Of a stretch of DNA of 64,000 bases, positions 26,425 through 37,056 are shown in pieces (position 1 is the first letter of the stretch; each line of letters begins with the position of its first letter). The position numbers were made by a program, and so were the translations under genes. The notes beneath the pieces were generated by a model, which saw only the letters and a list, made by a program, of their open reading frames with translations, did not search any database and had not been told where the DNA came from. The stretch comes from Salpingoeca rosetta (Eukaryota; Protista; Choanoflagellata), in NCBI GenBank assembly GCA_033442325.1, contig JAWQFM010000033.1, positions 62,001 through 126,000 on the forward strand. The letters are read 5' to 3'.

Positions 26425-28802
26425 AATGCGCGCTTGCTCTTCCTCTGCGCATGCGCCGTCCCGCGCCAGCACGCTCTCCACCACCATGTACCCGCCGGCC
26501 TCGTCCTCCTCCACAATTGCGTTGGCGCTCGACACCGCCGTGTGCGCCTGGCCGCACATGTGCAGCAGCATGAGCCCTGCCAGGAGGTCCCAGGCCACGG
26601 CCTGCGCCACAATGGGGTCCATAAACCCGCCGAGCGAGATGCGGTCGTACAGGCAGCGCGGGGCAACAATGGACGTCACCTCGTGGCACACCGCAACGCA
26701 CTGCTGCCGGTCGGCCAGGATCCAGTCGATGGGGCGGGCAATGTTCGGGTGCAGGGGAATGTCGTTGCAGTGGTACTCGGCCCGCTGGCGGTGCTCGTGC
26801 AGCGGCGTGCCCCTGACGAGGTGGTATTCGGATGGTATGGGACGGTGGGGGATGATGACATCATGGGATGAGGAGATGGTGGGATGTTGAGATGGCGGGA
26901 TGATGAGATGGTGGGATGTTGTTGGTATCATGGGATGAGGAGATGGTGGGATGTTGAGATGGCGCGATGCGGTGATGGTGGGATGATGAGATGGCGGGAT
27001 GATGAGATGGTGGGATGTTGTTGGTATCATGGGATGAGGCGATTTCGGATGATGTGATGCGATGCGAGACGTGATGAATGGGGTGAGCAGAACCAAAGTG
27101 ATGAACACATCATCAGACGGCATGGATCATGGTGGTTGGATTGAGCGGGATAACGGTGCAACGTTGGGTGACGTACGGGGCGCGTGAGGCGCGGGCGTTG
27201 TTTGCAACGAAGATGACCTGGGCCAGGGCGGGGCTGCCGTTTGGAGTCACCGCCTGGAACACCATGCACTGCTCATAGTGGAAGGCCGGCTTGGCCAGCA
27301 CCAGCCGCTGATGCAACAGCAGCGATTGCACTGAAGACAAGGCAGGGTGAGGTGGAGGTGGAGAGGGTGGAGAAGGTGAGGTGGAACGCTGGCAACATGA
27401 TCCATGGTTGAGTGAACACGTGTGGTGAAAAGAATGAGCAATGAGAAATGAACCGACGGGCTTGACATGCGTACCGAGTGTCCTCAGACTGGCTGCCTGC
27501 TCCTCTTCCTCGTCGTAGGCTGCAGAGACGAAAACGCAGGCCACGGCGCATGCGACGTGAGGTGGCACGATGTTTCAACACACACAGGAGCCAAAAACAC
27601 TGCTAAAGGCGGCAGTGGTGGCCACAAGCAGAACAACAACGCAGAACAAAAAAGGATTGTGCCCGAGGGTCATCGTCGTCACAACCACTGCCACAGCTGC
27701 GTTCAAGTGGCGCTAAACAGCCATTATCACCTGTTGCTGACAGCAGAAGAGGTCCCGCATTCGCCTGCTCCAATGCACGCGCGGTGCAGTGACAACAAAT
27801 ACATACGTGTGAGCGCGGGATGTGGGAAAAGGGAAGAGGGGCGCAATGTGCAGCGAGGACACGAGCACCAGCACAGCACCAATGCACAGCACCAATGCAG
27901 AGCAGCACAATCACTCTTCCCCCTCCCCCCGCGTGCATCAGCGCATCATCACCATGCGGGCGGCGCACCTGTTTGGGGGCTGCAGCCGCTGCTGTCGCTG
28001 CTGTCGCTGATGCCTTGTCTTCTGCGGTTGCTCCACTCGTCCCAGCACCATCGGCTGCCTGCACCACCTCGGGCGCACCATCACCGCGGACGCTGTTGCT
28101 GCTGATGCCGTCACCGTCGCCGTTGGGCCGAGCTGCAGTCGTGGCTGCGGGCTTCACATCGGTGGTGCTGGTGCTGGCATTGGTGGCATTCTCGCCACCG
28201 GCATCGTCATCGTGAATGGGCGACGGGTGGCGGGTGGGGATGCTTTGCACCAAGCTCACCTTCTCCTCAGGGTTCTCCAGCACCGTACTGCACACGCACA
28301 CGCACACGCACACGAGAAAGATGAGGCATACGCAGCACAAGATCAGCTGTAAGAAGCAGCAGCAACACCGAACCACTTGGTGAAATGAACAGACAGCAAC
28401 CCAGCCATTCGTAACATGAGTGAGTGAGTGTGTGTGTATATATGTGTGAGAGTGAGAGAGAGTGTGTGTGTGTGAGTGAGAGAGTGAGTGAGAGAGAGAG
28501 AGTGTGTGTGTGTGTGTGTGTGTGTGAGCTGACCAGCAGAGGCCGAAGATGGAGGCAAAGCACGAGTCTGTGACGGTGTTGTTGGTGAGGAACTTGAGCT
28601 GGGCCAGGGAGGCGTTCATCTTGTACACCGTCCGCGCATCATATCCAACCTGCATGCCATCGTCAGCGAATTGGTCGTGAGCAGAGGCGTGGAAACCAAC
28701 AACAAGCAATGGGGGAAAGGGCCATTGTACGAGAGTCAGGCATGAGGAATAGTGAGCAGGAAGAGAGGCAGTGGCGAAGGACCAAATATGTGTGGCGTGT
28801 CC

Positions 28803-28858
<56 letters not shown>

Positions 28859-28968
28859 CTTCAACAACAACAACAACAACAACAACTTCAACAACAACAA
28901 CTTAAACAACAACTTAAACAACAACAACAACTTAAACAACAACAACAACTTAAACAACAACAACAACT

Positions 28969-29017
<49 letters not shown>

Positions 29018-29464
29018 CTGCCATTGATGCTTCAAGGGGGCTGCCTCACCGCGTCCTTGATGAAGGCCTGAAGGCTGGTCAGAATCGGATCACCGTCGCC
29101 CTCACCCTCGTCCTCATCCTCATCATCATCACCGCTACTGCTGCTGCTGCTGGTGCTGCTGGAGATGTGGATGGAGGCTGCATCTGTGCCACTGCCGGCC
29201 TTTGCTTTGGCTTTGGCTTTTGCTTTGGCCCGGCGGCGCGCCTGCCTGCGTGCCTGCTTGGCCGCTGCTGCGTCGCGGAGGGCGTGCTGGATAAACAGCG
29301 GTGGCGTCAGCGCAAACACCAGCGTCGCCTGCGCCTCGCCGCTCATCGACACAAATGGAAACTGAAAGCACCCGGCGAGCAGCCATAGTAGCGGTGGTGG
29401 TGGTGGTGGTGGTGGTGGTGAGGTTGATGAATTATGAGTCACGGGTTTGGGGGAAATTGGCGTT

Positions 29465-29549
<85 letters not shown>

Positions 29550-30326
29550 GTGTGTGTGTGCGTGTGTGTGTGTGAAGGTGCGTGTGTGAAGGTGCGTGTG
29601 TGATTGTGTGTAATTGTGTGTGTGTGTGAGTGTGTGTGCATGATGGTGTGTGTGAAGAGCAAGGTGCGGATGATGTGCTGACGATTCGAGCGAGTGAGAC
29701 GCCATTGCCACGTGAAGGAACAGCCAGTTTGCCACAACGTGCGAGCGACAGCCCGACAACAACGTGTCGACGGGCGATGGTGCACAGGTGCACGTACATG
29801 GTAGACGTTGGTGTCTGCCGTTGAGGCTGACTTGACGTAGGTGCCGCCGTACAGATCAAGCGCACTCAACAGTTCCTCAGCCAGCGCTGTGGGCCGTGGT
29901 GGCGGCGATGGTGATGGTACATGCATGCACGTGGTGTCGACAAGCAAGGGTTGGAGGGGGAGGGGGCAAAGTGAGTGCATTGGTTGGCAGAGACAGAGGC
30001 ATGAGGAGGACGTGCACTCAGCACAGGCACAGGAATAGCAAGAGACGCCGCCACTGCAACGGCAGTCAGGCACGACATGCCTGTCGATGCAATGAAAGAC
30101 ACAGATGAGCGCACACGCCTGCACGCAGGCACTGACCGGCATCGTAGCGCTTGAAGATGTTGAGCGATTGCACCGTCTGCTGGTTCAGTGGCGGCGGTGG
30201 TCCTGACCGGCCCTCTGCCGCCTGTTGCTGTTCCTGCTGCTGCTGTTGTTGTGGCACTGAAGCCTCCTGCTCCGGCGGCTGCTGCTGCTTGGCGCCCTTC
30301 TTGCGTCGCTTTCCTTTTGCGCCCAT
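15263..30326 (-). CDS. GCN2: GCN2-type eIF2-alpha kinase (RWD-like, pseudokinase, kinase, HisRS-like, anticodon-binding-like), ~4,050 aa. Exons 30326-30137, 29886-29798, 29361-29050, 28649-28534, 28287-27969, 27764-27731, 27519-27475, 27330-27177, 26812-25283, 25080-24978, 24779-24681, 24423-15263 (frame break at ~16590)
   Basis: RWD-like EELLSALDLYGG. Degenerate kinase HPNIARPIDW...LLAGLMLLH...DVRMFGTLVLEM. Active kinase LGIGGFGAV, YAVK, EVRALSKLHHHPNIVRYHNAW, LFIQMELC, IHRDLKPEN, DFGLAR, VGTGRYIAPE, KVDMYALGIILFEM. HisRS-like motifs DGTVLMLPAHLHIAFAHY, RRYTSGAAYR, CDAEVI, GGRY. All 11 introns are GT-AG with consistent phases; the small 5' exons are less certain. Confidence 0.88.
26860..27039. 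repeat. Intronic minisatellite built from a 16-bp subunit (GAGATGGYGGGATGWT) in a ~67-bp higher-order unit
   Basis: ATCATGGGATGAGG recurs at about 26860, 26927 and 27026 with repeated subunits between; lies inside GCN2 intron 26813-27176. Confidence 0.85.
28802..29017. repeat. Interrupted (CAA)n microsatellite, intronic in GCN2
   Basis: CAA repeats interrupted by CTTAAA/CTTCAA. Confidence 0.9.
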
Positions 30327-31082
30327 GGTGCCCTACAAGCGGGCGGCGCTGTTTGAGATGTACCCTGGTCCTAGTGGTGGTGCTTTGCTACCTAAAGGCA
30401 ACCTGTGCTTGCAAGCAGAGAGGCCAGCCAATACCAGAGGTAGAGTCACTCAAGTGAGTTCAACGCAAGGATGGATACGTACGCGGATACGCGCGTGTGC
30501 GTGTGTGCGTATGCTTGTGTGTGTGCGTGTGCTTGTGTGTGTGCGTGTGCTTGTGCGTGTCAACGGCAAAGAAGAGTAAACTCAATGGCAATGGTTGAGA
30601 TGCACAAGAAAAAAATGACGCAAACTGGCTGTAGTGTGCTCTTCGTGGTTGTGCGTGGTTCTTGCAAAGATGCAAAAGATTGTCACATCGAAGTCTTGTC
30701 GAAGGCGTTCGACAGACGGCACTGATGAATGCCTCACACATCGCTCAAGCACGAAGAAACAAGAGAATAAAAGGAGACACACGGAAGTGTTCTGGAACAC
30801 AGTGTGGGCGCACCGTGCAAAGTCAGTGGAAGCTGGGGCCAGTGATCTGCTTGTGTCAAAGAAGCAGTGGCCTCCACATTGGGGAACAATCGCCCGCTCT
30901 GCATCGACCAAGCAAAGAGCAAACAAAGACAATGTCAATCGACAGGAGCCTGCGCTTGTCTGTCGACAGTGCAATGTGTGCAGTGTGTGCCAGGTGTGTG
31001 CCTGGTGTGAGTCTGATCTATCCCCTCCTTCAAGAAAAGGTGTGGAAGCACCATGTCACATGCCACCCATCATCTCCCACAC

Positions 31083-31119
<37 letters not shown>

Positions 31120-31359
31120 AACCACCACCAGCACCAACAGCGCATGGCGCACCTGTTTCCTTTCCTTCCGCGTCTTCCTTCTGCTTGTCCTTCCAACCCA
31201 AGATGTGCTGACAGCTTTCAAGAAACAGCTGACTATCGAAAATGGAGAATTTCCTCCATTTTCATAAAGGTCAAATTTGCCCACCACACAACGACAACAA
31301 CCACATCACACGCTCACCAGCCAGCCCAACAATCATTGACTTGTCTCATCCTTCCTATC

Positions 31360-31404
<45 letters not shown>

Positions 31405-31412
31405 GCACACAC

Positions 31413-31448
<36 letters not shown>

Positions 31449-31515
31449 GTCGGCACTGCTTGCACGCAGCACCACGTGACACTGTCACTTTTCTTTGTTC
31501 ATAGCAAACGCCATC

Positions 31516-32306
31516 ATGGATGACGAAACAAAGCACGTCTCCTTCAACAGCGAAGCGCCACGTGAGAATAACCTCTTCTTGCCATGTGATGCACGTGATG
31601 AGGAGTTGGGACAGCAAAACAATCTCTTTTGTGGAGCGTTGGGAGCTCAAGCTCCACTGCCATCATTGCTGTGTCTCTGTTTCTGTGTGTCCTTGTGGCT
31701 GTTTGAATGTGCTTGTGTCTGTGTGTTTGCGTTTGTGGCACTGCAAACCTTCCTCATCCCACTCACAACTGCGCATGTCTATCTGTGCGTGTGTGTGTGT
31801 GTGTGCGCATGTCTGTGTGTGTGTGTATTCTACTTGTGCTTATGCAACTGCGTCTGCATCTGCTTCTACAACTGCTTTTGCTTCTGCACCTGCGTCTGGC
31901 TCATGCGAGACCCGTGTACTGTTGCATTGGTTCCTCGTTCCATGAATGTGCATTATCCCCTCCTCCTCCTGCTGGTGCATGCCAGCTCGATGGCTTTTGC
32001 TCAGAGCTGCTTCAGAAGATTGCATACTTTGAATCAGAATTCGGAGGTGTGTGTGGGTGTGTGTGTGGGTGGGTGTGTGTGTGGGTGTGTGTGTGTGGGT
32101 GTGAGACGGGGACAGAGAGAGAGTGTGTGTGTGTGTGCGTGTGTGTGTGTGTGTGTGACTTGTTTGTGCCTGCCTGTGTATTTACGCCTTCCCTGTTTGC
32201 GTCGCGTGTTCATCATGTTCATCTATCCCACCCCATGTCCACCACCGCCACCTTTACAGGAAGTCTGCAAGCGGGACCAAAGAAGGAACGCCCTTCCCTG
32301 CAGTGA
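31516..32306 (+). CDS. Possible small spliced hypothetical gene (exon-like pieces 31516-~31630, 31986-32047, 32260-32306)
   Basis: Non-repetitive segments bounded by splice-like sites (LDGFCSELLQKIAYFESEFG / GSLQAGPKKERPSLQ*), separated by (GT)n tracts. I could not resolve the phase of the first junction, and I recognise no homology. Confidence 0.25.
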
Positions 32307-32319
32307 CACCACCACCGCC

Positions 32320-32334
32320 ATCATCATCATCATC

Positions 32335-32403
<69 letters not shown>
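32320..32403. repeat. (ATC)n microsatellite
   Basis: Seen directly. Confidence 0.9.
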
Positions 32404-32489
32404 GCTGCCACGTGTCTCCATATCGGAGCCGTGACTGTCGTTACATTCCTTGTTGAGACAGTGCTGCATGCACACGTGTGCGTGTGTGT

Positions 32490-32531
<42 letters not shown>

Positions 32532-32987
32532 CTCTCTGTGTGTGTGTCTGTCTGTCTGTCCGTCTGTGTGACTATGCTGCGCGTGTTCTGCTGCAACCTC
32601 TCCCTTCCTTTGCTCAGCCGCCTGCCTTCCTGTGCATACGAGTGGCGTGTGTGAGCCACCATCATGTCCTGCTTGGGGTATCAAATCATCGCATGTGAAT
32701 ACCATCTTGTGTGCGCGCGTGTTCTGCATGCCTGCTTGTTTCGCTATCTGTCTTGGTTCCCTCTCCATGTCTGCCTGGGTCTCTATCTCTCCGTGTCTCT
32801 GTTGTCCCCTGTGTCTTTTCTTTCTCAGCATGTGCATACGTGCGGCTGTTTGTCCCCCCCCCGGCCCGGTTGTTCAGTGCAATCCATAAAAGACATTCGT
32901 TTACCAACCACCTCCAAGCACCGTCTTCAAGCATATCGTATGAATGAAAGGAGACAGAACAAACCCACCAAGTCGCAACACACCGCG

Positions 32988-33388
32988 TCACACCTCGCCA
33001 CCGCCATCACCGCTCTCTGTCTCCTCCTCATCCTCATCCTCATCCTCATCCTCATGCATCATCAATGCGTTGTCAGCATCGTTCACATCACCATCATCGA
33101 CACCACCACCACCATTATCATCACCACCACCATCATCATCGGCATCATCGTCGTCTGTCCATTCGACCTCACGTCCTTCCTTCGCGCCATCTCGTGCACA
33201 GCTGTCAGCATCAGGCGCATGTGCACACGCGCGCACAGGTGCAGTCTGTGTGCGACAACGCAAACACAGAAGTATATGCACGCGTGCATGCATGTGCATG
33301 TGTGAGGGAATTGCTGGTGATGATGACGAGAACAAAACGATAAGAGGCGAACAGCACACGAAGATTTCAACTACGCAATCAAACGAAT

Positions 33389-33482
<94 letters not shown>

Positions 33483-35050
33483 ACACACACACACACACAC
33501 TTACATATGCACACACACAAACCTACCTGTGGTGGCGGGAGGTTTGAGAAGGAGATGGAGCCGATACACACGTGCACATCAGCACCGCTCGCCGCCATTT
33601 TCGGGAAAAAGTCTTCAGCGAATGCGCGCGCCTGACGCATGTTATCGATTTGATTGCCGTGATGGTGGTGGTGGTGGTGGCGGTGGTGGTGTTGATGATG
33701 GTTTGTCGAGCGAGAGATGAGGAATGAACAATGAGACGTCAGGCGATACAGCAGCACTGAAGCTTGCGCATTGATGACAAAAACATACAACAGACAATGA
33801 CAGTTGTACTGCACCAGTGTCAAGTCACATGCAGGTCGGCAGTGCCAACCGACACTTCCACCCCATTGCTCAATCTGCGTGACATGCCACGAACCTCCTC
33901 ATCAATCTTGATGGAATCAGTGCTGAACTGCAGCTGTGCGCACTCCAGCTTCACAAAGTCTCCGTTTGTACACGCCACAATCGGCACGACCTGACGATTC
34001 AACGCGCAGTGCAGTGATATGATATGAAGATGATGCAACCACAGTGGCGCACTGATGCTCATGAATACGCACAAACACCAGCACACAGAAATACACGCGC
34101 ACAAGCACACAAGCACACGCACAAGAACACAAGCACACAAGCACGAGCACACACAAGCACGCACACAAGCACGCACACAAGCACGCACGCACGCAAGCAC
34201 GCACGCAAGCACTCACACGCACACAAGCATGCACGCACGCAAGCACGCACACAAGCACGCACACGCACACAAGCATGCACACACAATTCGTCAATTGCGC
34301 TCACTGGCGCCCACCTGGCGTGTGTTGGCGCCAAAGTCAATGACAGTGACGCGGAAGAACGTGGGAGGATCCTCGGGGCTGAAGCAGCAGTGGTGGAACG
34401 TCGCATCTTTCGTGGCCGCAAGCTCCCGGCCCTCTTCTTCCTCCGTCAGCTCTGTGAAGAGAACACAGTCCATGCACACACAAAATGTCAGCATCAAGCG
34501 TGATGATGAGTGATGTTGATGCTGGCGATGGTGGTGCTGCTGGTGATGGGTGCGATGATGGTGGATTGGCACGTGTTACTGTGCTACCTGCCCCATTCAC
34601 ACGGCCAGTCTCACCAGCGTTATGGATGCAACAAAGAAGCCAACGAACATGCATACACAGAACACATACGCACATATGCAGCACACGCACGTTCGCCAAA
34701 GAGGCCGAGCTGTCGCGATGCTTCTGTGCCAGGCAATACGCGGCCCTGCTCATCGCACCAGCAGCAGCAGCAACATTGGCGCGCGCCATAAAAGCGAGTG
34801 CACAAAAGTCAGCGCACATGGTGTGACCTTTACACGTGGAATGCACACGCACACGCACACGCACATGCACACGTATACACGCACACGCACACGCACAAGT
34901 ATACACACGCACGCACACGTATACACACACAAGCACACATACACACACACAACACGCACACGTATACACACGCACGCACACGTATACACACACGCACACG
35001 TATACACACGCACGCACACGTATACACACACACATGCACACGCACACGCG

Positions 35051-35093
<43 letters not shown>

Positions 35094-35288
35094 ACGCACA
35101 CGCACACGCACACGCACACTAATACACAAAATGCACGTGTGCGTACAACCAACCAAACAAACCAACAACTCGCTCACCTGGAACCACGCCCTGTCCTCCG
35201 CAAAGCACAGCTGGCACATGCCACCACCCCCACCACCATCATCACCACCACCGCTGTTGTTGCCGCCAACTTTGCTGTCTCCCATCAT
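32988..35288 (-). CDS. Hypothetical protein (~275 aa, acidic C-terminus). Exons 35288-35178, 34745-34691, 34451-34315, 33990-33829, 33631-33527, 33245-32988
   Basis: Six segments with GT-AG boundaries and consistent phases (0,1,0,0,0) give an open frame: MMGDSK...[22 protein letters not shown]...[23 protein letters not shown]...[17 protein letters not shown]...[12 protein letters not shown]...DDDD. No family recognised; the gene could instead stop at 33820. Confidence 0.6.
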
Positions 35289-35390
35289 CGTTGTCCTCCT
35301 TCCGAATTTCGTTGATACCTCCCACAAATATTCACAACCTGCACCATCCAATACAACAACAGCAAGTGCTTGTTTGTTGTGCAGCAACCG

Positions 35391-35475
<85 letters not shown>

Positions 35476-35478
35476 TCA

Positions 35479-35539
<61 letters not shown>

Positions 35540-35582
35540 CTCCTGACACCCTTCCCTACCCCTCACCCCCTCCGAAACCAAG

Positions 35583-36179
35583 ATGAGGTACCGAGCTGTG
35601 ACAGCGCCAGTGGACAGCGCAGATTTGGGTGCCATTGTGGCGTTGCACTTTGCGAGCTGGCAGCGTGCGTACGTGAGCGTGTTTCCGGAGGACTACTTGG
35701 TGGACGGCGGCAAGCTGTTCCAACAGATGCAGCGCATGTGGCAGGAGCGGGCCGACAACTGCCTGGCAGACAGGGACAACTGGCTCCTCGTCGTTGCAGA
35801 GGACATGGACGAGCACAGCGACGGCGACAGCGAGGAAGGGCGAGGCATGCTGGCCGGCTTCGTCTGCGTCAACGCAACAGAGGAGCGTGAGCACGGCATC
35901 CTGCTCGACAACCTGCACGTCAGCCCAGCATACCAGCGCCGCGGTATCGCCACACAGCTTGTCGGGCACGCCGCCGCCTGGGTCCTGCGGCACTACCCGG
36001 AAGAGCCCATGCACCTCACGTGCTTGGACACCAACACCAAGGCGCGCGCGTTCTACGAGGCCAAGGGCGGGTCCCGGGGCCAGGACATGCTGTGGGAGCC
36101 GGAGGGCGGAAAGGCAAGCCCATGCGTCCGCTACGTCTGGAGCAGCAAGGAGCTGCCATCGCTCGCAGGCACCCAGTGA
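35583..36179 (+). CDS. GNAT-family N-acetyltransferase (198 aa, single exon)
   Basis: Acetyl-CoA-binding motif A LDNLHVSPAYQRRGIATQL (Q-x-x-G-x-A), motif B NTKARAFYEAKG, and N-terminal IVALHFASWQRAY. GC-rich codon usage, no introns. Confidence 0.92.
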   Translation: MRYRAVTAPVDSADLGAIVALHFASWQRAYVSVFPEDYLVDGGKLFQQMQRMWQERADNCLADRDNWLLVVAEDMDEHSDGDSEEGRGMLAGFVCVNATEEREHGILLDNLHVSPAYQRRGIATQLVGHAAAWVLRHYPEEPMHLTCLDTNTKARAFYEAKGGSRGQDMLWEPEGGKASPCVRYVWSSKELPSLAGTQ

Positions 36180-36286
36180 CGTTGCTTGAATCGGAAGATA
36201 TTTGAGGAGAAAGGGAAGAGAGTCCGAAGAGGTGCAAAGGTGAAGGAAGAGGAGAAGAGCATGTGTAAAGGAAGAGATGTGGGTGC

Positions 36287-36368
36287 TTTGCAGTGTGCGG
36301 TGATGTGGCTTGAGTTGATAACTTTGAGGTTTGCAGTGTGCGGTGATGGGGCTTGAGTTGATAGCTTT
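36287..36368. repeat. 43-bp tandem duplication downstream of the GNAT gene
   Basis: TTTGCAGTGTGCGGTGATG(T/G)GGCTTGAGTTGATA(A/G)CTTT occurs at about 36287 and 36330. Confidence 0.85.
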
Positions 36369-36969
36369 CAGTTTGGCGCTGTCTGCCGCCTTTGCCGCAG
36401 GCAATCAACACGTTGCGATGTTGGCTAGGATGCGCATGTGTTTGTGTCGGTCCGCCTGGCTGTGTCTTTCGGCGCTGCCTGAGTCTTTCAACATAGCCTT
36501 CTGCTCAGTTTCGTCTCACGATCACAACCAAGCCCTTTCTCTTTCTACGCCCGTCCCTCCCTTCTCCCTCCCTCATTATTCTCCGTCAGTGCATCGAATG
36601 TGTTATCGACGTGGGTAACAGTCATGCATGCATGCATGCAAGAACAGAGGACAAACAACAAATGGCAGGAATGAAATGAAAGGAAAACAACGCACTTCAT
36701 CACAACACCCTCTTCCTCTCTTCCTCTCTTTCCTCCGCTTCTCCTCCTCTCTTCACCCATCCACATCCCCTCTTCATCGCAACCCATTGTGTACACGGCA
36801 AACTGTTTGTCTCCTTCACAGCCTCACACCATTCATCACCAGCACGCAGTCAGTTGGCTAGCTACACCACCACCACGCCAAAACCACCACAACATCATCA
36901 TCATCTACATCACTTCAACTCTTCCCCCCTCCCCACTCACCCTTCTCCAACAACATGCGAGGCCGCCCT

Positions 36970-37025
36970 TCACACCTCCTCCGCCCCAATTGAGCCCTTG
37001 CGAAGCAAAAACGTCGGCGCGCGCC

Positions 37026-37056
<31 letters not shown>

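Noticed and set aside
26860-27039. Repeat-spacer-like pattern resembling a CRISPR array
   Set aside because: The 'spacers' are themselves repeat subunits, the context is a eukaryotic intron, and there are no cas genes.
28709-29071. Poly-Q/poly-N/poly-L ORFs (also 3077-3316 and 8588-9133)
   Set aside because: Trinucleotide microsatellites in introns or intergenic DNA; GCN2 and the cyclase splice around them in phase.
36287-36368. 43-bp duplication as a target-site duplication from GNAT insertion
   Set aside because: Both copies are on the same side of the gene, so it is a simple tandem duplication.
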